Below, in pieces: positions 57,005 through 64,000 of a stretch of DNA of 64,000 bases. Source of the DNA: Catajapyx aquilonaris (Eukaryota); NCBI GenBank assembly GCA_000934665.2, contig KZ538376.1, positions 1 through 64,000 on the forward strand. The letters run 5' to 3'. The notes below the pieces were generated by a model. That model did not search any database and had not been told where the DNA came from. It saw nothing but the letters and a program-made list of their open reading frames with translations. Both the position numbers and the translations under genes were made by a program. Numbering within the stretch: position 1 is the first letter of the stretch; every line of letters begins with the position of its first letter.

Positions 57005-58379
57005 GCGGGATCTCAGAAACGGAAGGGTATGTCATTAGCCGGTATGGCACAGTGTCTCTCCCTGTGACATTGGTGTTTCCCAAGAATAATAATTGTTGAC
57101 GAAAACCAGCCAGATACACTTCCTTCAATCAAAAGCAGCTAATTCCGTTTTGTTTTTATACAGTCTTAGTAGTGACAAAATTTTATTATCTGTAATTTAG
57201 GCTCCATACTTGCGGATGCAAAAATGCGCCACTTTAGCAGTAAGTTATTTTGCTAATCGACATGCCTGGTTTTTCTCTTCTCCTGCAAGGACTAAGCTAC
57301 TTCTGCTTTTCATCTCCACAATTACAAGAAACATAAAGTGCATTTGTGTAACCCTGTTTCCTACTATAATTATTATCGCTAATTATATGGATATTTATAC
57401 CAGTAACATTCAGTCCAGGACCATTGCCTCATTATTATGCAGGAAAATCATGGTCCTGCGCTGATCCACTGTATCATTTTGCTCCCGAGGCGGAATGGGC
57501 GTGCCGCTTCAGGCCATACCACACTCCCGTGGATGCCCGCAGACGCAAAAGCTACGTAAGCACTCACAATTGGCTGAATAATTTTGGCCTATCATATATT
57601 CAACATATGCCTACTGCCAATTTTGCACCAAATGCAATTGACTATACGCTATAATTATAGAGTAGATCTATTTACGTATGCTTAGTTTAATACAGTATAG
57701 GCTACAACGCACGCAGCAGGATTATTTTCATTTTCATGTAGCTACAGTCCTGACCGTGAAGCATACTTTTCTGTATAGGATGTAAATAGTGAGTTTGAGA
57801 ATTTGGAAGTTGAAAACATTCAAACTATAGTTGAAACTATAAATGCTGTGCATTTTAGGAGCAAAATTCTATAGCTTGCTGGCGGGAAGAGACTAACTGG
57901 CAATTAGTGATCCTGGTGGTAAGGAGAGCTGAACGGGACGAATGGAATAGGATGGGAGGAAAATTTGAGATTTTGTTATATCGTTTTGTTATATTATTGG
58001 GAATAGATGCGGGTGTTTATGGGCTGTAGGGTCTGCAGACCAGGCCAGTCCGTCAATCCCCATTGAAGCTTACTGGTACCGTTACAGTACTGTATACTCC
58101 TCGAACATCATTGTTATTATGCAATACTAGCCTGTATGACTCACGCAGGTACTGCAGGTTCCCAACTTCAAATAATAAATACGGTATGCATATTTCGTGA
58201 ATATTTATTGTCACGCCTAGCACAAAAGCATACTAATATGCAGCACGTAAGTTTATTGATATGAACAGCAATCAAACTGCATATGACGATTACTTCTGTA
58301 ACGCAGTGCGAATTGGAAGAGATACATGAATCAATGTATGTGCAACCCGCACGTTGCAAATGGATGGCGGTCCCCGCAA

Positions 58380-58520
58380 CTAGCATAAAGGAAGGACTAT
58401 TTATGCCCGAATGGGTTTATCTGCTGCGTGAAAAAAAACGGGAACTGCTCCAGAGTGTTGCCAGTCAAATGGAGCGAAGAGTGCAGATAAAATATGAGGA
58501 TGACGTCGGGCCCATTTAAA
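58380..58520 (+). pseudogene. possible C-terminal remnant of a Tc1/mariner transposase
   Basis: RELLQSVASQMERRVQIKYEDDVGPI resembles the terminal L..V..SM.RR...C....GG.F motif. Confidence 0.35.
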
Positions 58521-61500
58521 GGCTTTAACGAGCTTCGGGGATGGGACGTGGAAATTTCCATGGCAATGATTTCCTAGTAATCTGAGGGTGGGTCCCTACA
58601 GTCTGGCAGATTGATGGCCCTGAATTTACGCAAATGAAAACACCTATCTCTTGATGTAGGTCTGCCCGCTTGTCCATATACCATGCAGTACTAGATTCAA
58701 ATATTTTTTGAGCTCCACCAGGTTGTACTTGAGATCACTGCAATTTTTATACCAAAATCTGCAACATGGATAGCATTATTTAGAATTTATTGCTATTGAA
58801 ATTGCCCAGAAGCGCCACATGTTGAGATTACCCGCAGATGAAATTGAAGCATACTAACAGTTGCATATACATTGCAACGTTTTAATTATTGGTAAAACGA
58901 GTCATAAATACCGCGTGGTTCCATTAAGGACGGCCTATACTTTTGATTTGCATGTGGCAACTGCTGCAATTTCCGTTCCGCCATTAGCATTATAACGCCT
59001 CGGATGTGACACCTGCAATTTCACATATCCCACGTTAGAATTGCTCTCTTAGCATAGATTCAATTAACTTGCTGAAAATGAAAATGCCTCTTAATTGTTT
59101 GCCATTTTGAGATAATTCCGGGAAATATTCTGCTACGGCCGTAGTGCGATAACGCGTTCCAAGTCCCATCGGCTACTGTAACTGTATATTATACTGTAAA
59201 TACCTCAGGTGCCCACAAAGTGAGCGAAAGTGAGCTTGTCTACTCTTTCCTTTTCGGACATTCTATATTGCTAAAATGCAAAATGACTGCAGACTGGTCT
59301 TGTCGCCGTCAACTCTCCCCATAATTTTGAGTTTCCAGCCTTCAGGAGGACATATTCATCCTCTGCTCTGAGTAGAGATTATGAGCACATTGTCAGCAGG
59401 ATTTTGAAATCTATTCTACCCTTTTCCAGTCCCGCGTCCAGTCCCAAACATTCTTTTCATGCAAGATGCAACATAATAATATATCAGATAATATTATAAA
59501 TCACTGCCATAAGAAATTGTTCGAAAATATAATTGCTTAAAATAAGCGGATTATAGTGCCAAATTATATGACTAACTAAAATGGACATTTCAACTTTATG
59601 TGTTGTGGCCAAGGTGGGTTGAGAATAATACCCTTGCTTGTACTGCACAGTACCTGCCTTTCCGGTGTTATCAAAATCTCCGTATCATCTTCTTATCTGA
59701 TGCTGCTAGAGTCTTCCTGCACAGTTATATAGCCTAAACTTTTGAAGCACCTTTGCCACTCTTTCTAATGACTTTGCGAAAAGTAACAAGTACTGCACTT
59801 TCTCACTTGAAATGGCCATTTTGGATTTCACAGGACTACGGTGCCAAATATTGTTAACTTTCTTGGTAGAGGAAGAGAGAAAAATGTAGTGCGAAAGTGC
59901 ACACTCCAAACTCGATGTCATCAAATTTCCGATAGGTCAATAAAGCTGGCGCAGTGTGAGTCAATTAATTTGGAAATATGAATATATAGGTTGTAAAAAC
60001 TACCTTATTTGCCTATACTGTACAAAGTTTCAATCTCTCAGTTAGATTTTTCAGTGAGGAAACATAATATGTAATAATTAATTTAAGCCCACCTTATGTT
60101 TATTTTCCTCACAACCGATTGCAAAACATTGCAATTTTCTGCAAACACTTTTTTGGCAAAGCAATTTCAGTTGTTCATCTCCTTATTTTGATCGCGCAAT
60201 TGGGGCGCACATTCCATTTCCAGGCTCCCCGTCACTGCGAAATCAAAGTTTGTGAAAGCGTCTGCGAAACGGGCAATAAAGTCAAAAAGCGTGCAGTATT
60301 GTTGAGGGTCGGAGGCCACTTCTGAGAGAGATTATGCCCGAAGTTAAAGCGTTTCAATTATCCCGCGGAAGCGACGTGTTTTAAGCCAGTAACGATTGGG
60401 GACGAGGTAGGTGTAGGTGGGTAGAGGACGAAGCCATTTTGGTGGTCCTGTGCTGCTGATCGTCGCTTTTCTCACGTCAATACTCCGGGCGCCCAGCATC
60501 CAGACCTTCCTCACCTTTCCCCAGCATTGGTAGGGTCGGACCCACCGAATAAAAGGATGCCGCTATCCGGACCACCAATTCGCTAAGACAGCTCTATTTC
60601 CAGACGGCCCTCATAAAAGGGAAATCTACTCTGCTGCAGACTAACGGGGCCTGATTTTGCATATCGGTGCTTCACGGCGGGTTCATGCGTTGCAAGCCTC
60701 GTTGCAAGCTGTACAAAGCTGTGAATGGAAAGCCGAAGACTTGGCCCAAAGTGTGGGCCGCCATAGAAGGTCGTACTTCACTATTAATTCTGCTACACAA
60801 AGAGGCCTAAATATTGTGTCCGTTTCCGTGTTAGACAGGTTACGTTGTATGCGACAAAAATACCAAGGAAATCCTATGGTTACTGCAAAATGTTTTCGCA
60901 GTAGACATGTTTCGGCTATAGCCAATGGCTTTTATGCGCATTTGACTTGTGGTAGGCCTACTACTAGTACTTGAAGTGAACGTATGATAGCAGATGATAG
61001 TGATTATTGAACAAAATAGGGTGCTTTATCAAAACTTTCTGGATCGTTAGAACCACAGAACTATGGTCGGGAGATGTACACATCCTCTTCAATTCTGTCT
61101 TGTGGATGAATTATTGCCACCAAAAAGGGCACAGGCGTCAGCTGCTAATAGTGTTTAGGTAGAATATGCGTAGCAGCTGTTGCAGCAAACTTGCCGTACT
61201 CTAACACTAAGTGTACAGTACCATACGCCAAATACTGTACAGTATACTAAATAGCGGACACAATTCATTCGTATATCCGGTGAGTGTTGTGACCTGCGGC
61301 ACACTCCTTACCTGCGTGTTAAGTGGGAAAGGTGTCGCAGGTGCTGGCGCTCACAGGATATACTAAAGGACCCGTGTCAACAATACTATTATTATTATTT
61401 AGTCGACTGTACCTATACACGCATACATTGTACTTTTACTGTAACATTTGTAAGGACATTTTTTTTGAACATTTGACAACTCAGATATATATCTTTAAAA

Positions 61501-61559
61501 TGTGAGAATAGTAAAATTAATGTAACGAAGCTAAAATGTTGGATTTACTAAAAATGAAA

Positions 61560-61903
61560 ATCTGCTCCATAAAACTCGCTTGATTTGTTGCATTAAGTAT
61601 AGAAGGCTGGTGTACTCGCATCCCAGAGGGGGTCTTATCACCACGGAGCAGACTGTGAAACTTATTGGTAGCCTATGAAGGCACACAGCGACTTCTTGTA
61701 AGACTGATTCAAGAAGGAAAGAACGAAGCGGCTGCAGCCATTCCGATATACCAAAACCCGCCAAAACCACTCTTGAATTTTTCTGGAAGCGGTAATCGGG
61801 GAAAACTACAGAAAACCCATATCTGGATAGTCGGCACAAGGGATCGAATCCAGAACCTCCGGAGGCCACTCAAATCCTAACCACTAGACTAGGCCGCCTC
61901 GGC
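61560..61903 (-). mobile_element. degenerate tRNA-derived SINE (family-B-like body)
   Basis: TAGTCTAGTGGTTAG A box, GATTCGATCCC B box, GGGTTTTCTGTAGTTTTCCC core; 3' boundary approximate. Confidence 0.65.
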
Positions 61904-62243
61904 ATGTGGGGGGTACCAATATATTGAAATGTCTGTAGCGGGTAAAGATTTTTGGCTATAAGCTGCTTATTTTAAGCAGTTACTTTTGCACCCTTATCTG
62001 TGTTTAGAAGACCCTATTAGCTGCTAATATTATGTTAATGTCTACATGGGGCCCCTCTTACAAAAGTGGGTTCTATTACTGACTTTTGGAAACAATAAAA
62101 TCCATTCAAAATAATAAAAAAATTATCCAAAGGCTGAATGACGAATATGTACAAAAATCTTATGGAGCCTGTTCATCAAAATGCAGCGGTGCCCTGGAGC
62201 ACTAATGACCATTAGCCAATTAAATCATACTCTCAACTGATTA

Positions 62244-62500
62244 TAATGGATACCCCGTGATAGGCCTCCTTGGGCCTCTTAGGGGATCATCTTTTTGAAC
62301 AACCGTCTTTAATCTTTGCCTGCGCTGTATTTGATAGTGAGAGGAAACGGGATAACCCCGAGAAAACCCACGCGAACACGGAGAGAACCCATCGAAACTC
62401 TATCCACATAAGTATCCTCCGTCCGACTCGGGGATCGAACTCGGGACCTCAGAGGTGGAAGTCTGCGGAGCTAACCACTCCGCCACCGTGTCGCCCTTAC
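62244..62500 (-). mobile_element. tRNA-derived SINE, family C, with V-domain-like core
   Basis: 16-bp TSD TACTCTC(A/G)ACTGATTA; head GGTGGCGGAGTGGTTAG...GAGTTCGATCCC; core GTTCTCTCCGTGTTCGCGTGGGTTTTCTCGGGG. Confidence 0.88.
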
Positions 62501-63687
62501 TACTCTCGACTGATTACAAATAGTAATTATTAAAATGTTACTGAAATCCATCACAGTTTGGTAGCAAAACATTCCCATTCAGCGATGGCCTATACAAGTA
62601 CTTGTATTACACATTTGGCCCGCCGCGCCGTTAGACAATTCCCCTGTCAAGCAGACATTTCACGTGGCACTAGTCCAGTGCGGAATGCTTGCAATATCGC
62701 ACATTCCATCATTAAATCTGAAAACTACGCTTCTTAAAATAACTCTGCGAGCTCCACGTGACAATTATTCGAGCTGGGCACAGAAAATGCATGTGATTAT
62801 TGCACCTTGTACACGTCCTAAACTATGGGCAGGGTGTTGAAAGCCGGTCAGATGAAAGAGATTCAAAACAGTTTATCTCGTTGTTAACTGTTTTAATTGT
62901 GAACGGGCCTATAACTATGAATTACAGGGTGGGGTGGCGTTATGGTGACGCACGGGGGGTGCTTTATGCAACACGCGGTGAAAACTAGGCCAAACTCCGG
63001 CCGGATTATTCGCATTCATTGCGGGATTAGATATTTCGCACTGATACGCTCAATTCGGCTACACTTCATTTGCATGAAAATCTCCGGCGCACTTGACTTG
63101 TCCGCAGGCGACAAAAAAAGGGTTGGGCCCTGGAGGGGGGGGGGGGGNGGGGGGGGGGGGGGGGGCTAGACACTGAAAACCCCCTCCCAAATTTCGCGCC
63201 ACGACCTCCATATCTCACTACTTCAGCACAGCTTACTCTTCTTCTACCACTCCGCCCTTGTCCCACAAATTTCGCAAATAACCGAATTGGAAATCTTCCA
63301 GGACTGTCCCATTTTGCCAGATGGCTAACTCAGTCTGGATATGGCCTTTAATCGTAGCTTCTTTTTTTTCTTCAAAAAAGGCCCTCTGCGGACTTTGTTA
63401 CATGAAAACGGGCTTAGTTGTAATTTTGTCTGGCTTAAACGAACGGAGGAACGTTGAGTGGCCTTGTCCGAGTGAATAATAAAATATGTTTAACAGGAAT
63501 AGGAATATACTTGTCGAAACAGTTTGGTTCGGAAGTATACTTCTGTCCTACGGAAAAACGTCGCATCTGCACATTGCGATAAAGAAAACACGACCTTATC
63601 TGCACTTCAGGCCAGTTTTGTTTGAATTGGAATGAATTATTTAAAATATTTGAATTCATTTATGAGAATTCACCTAAAGCATGGTTG

Positions 63688-63899
63688 TAGTCTGACGGTT
63701 TCAGCAACTATACTAAATAGACCCGAGTGGATCTGGTCGTCTGCGTTAATTGAGAGTAAAGTTTTAAAAATTGCCATTTCTAGGCCTGTCAGTCTGTCTT
63801 GAGTCAAGAAATGGCAATTTTTAAAACTTTACTCTCAATTAACGCAGACGACCAGATCCACTCGGGTCTATTAGTATAGTTGCTGAAACCGTCACACTA
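63688..63899. repeat. near-perfect inverted repeat (foldback MITE-like hairpin)
   Basis: ~94-bp arms with one indel and one mismatch, 25-bp loop. Confidence 0.9.
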
Positions 63900-64000
63900 G
63901 AATCGCTGAATTGGTAGTTGTTATTCGTTATTACACTCATTAATCATGAGGTTGTATGAGGTCCCGGCTGGTTCGCCAGCGACGGTACTCTCTTCCTCGA

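Overview
This is repeat-rich eukaryotic DNA. The SINE families and gene structure suggest a non-dipteran arthropod, which is an inference. The main host gene is a spliced BRCA2 on the + strand: 10 coding exons at 8473-25354, about 1672 aa, rebuilt by hand from GT-AG sites with consistent phases. It has about 9 BRC-like repeats, three on separate symmetric exons, and a helical/OB1/Tower/OB2/OB3 DNA-binding region. An in-frame TGA (25352-25354) stops it just before 35 open codons resembling the C-terminal RAD51-binding (TR2) motif. A divergent SOX/TCF/MATA-type HMG-box gene or pseudogene lies on the - strand at about 39.8-41.5 kb. The rest is mostly transposon-derived: a 5'-truncated RTE LINE fused to a tRNA-SINE inside one target-site duplication (TSD), three tRNA-derived SINE families, non-autonomous Helitrons, several MITE classes and microsatellites. 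Most short ORFs in the track are repeat artefacts. All homology calls are by eye; no searches were run.
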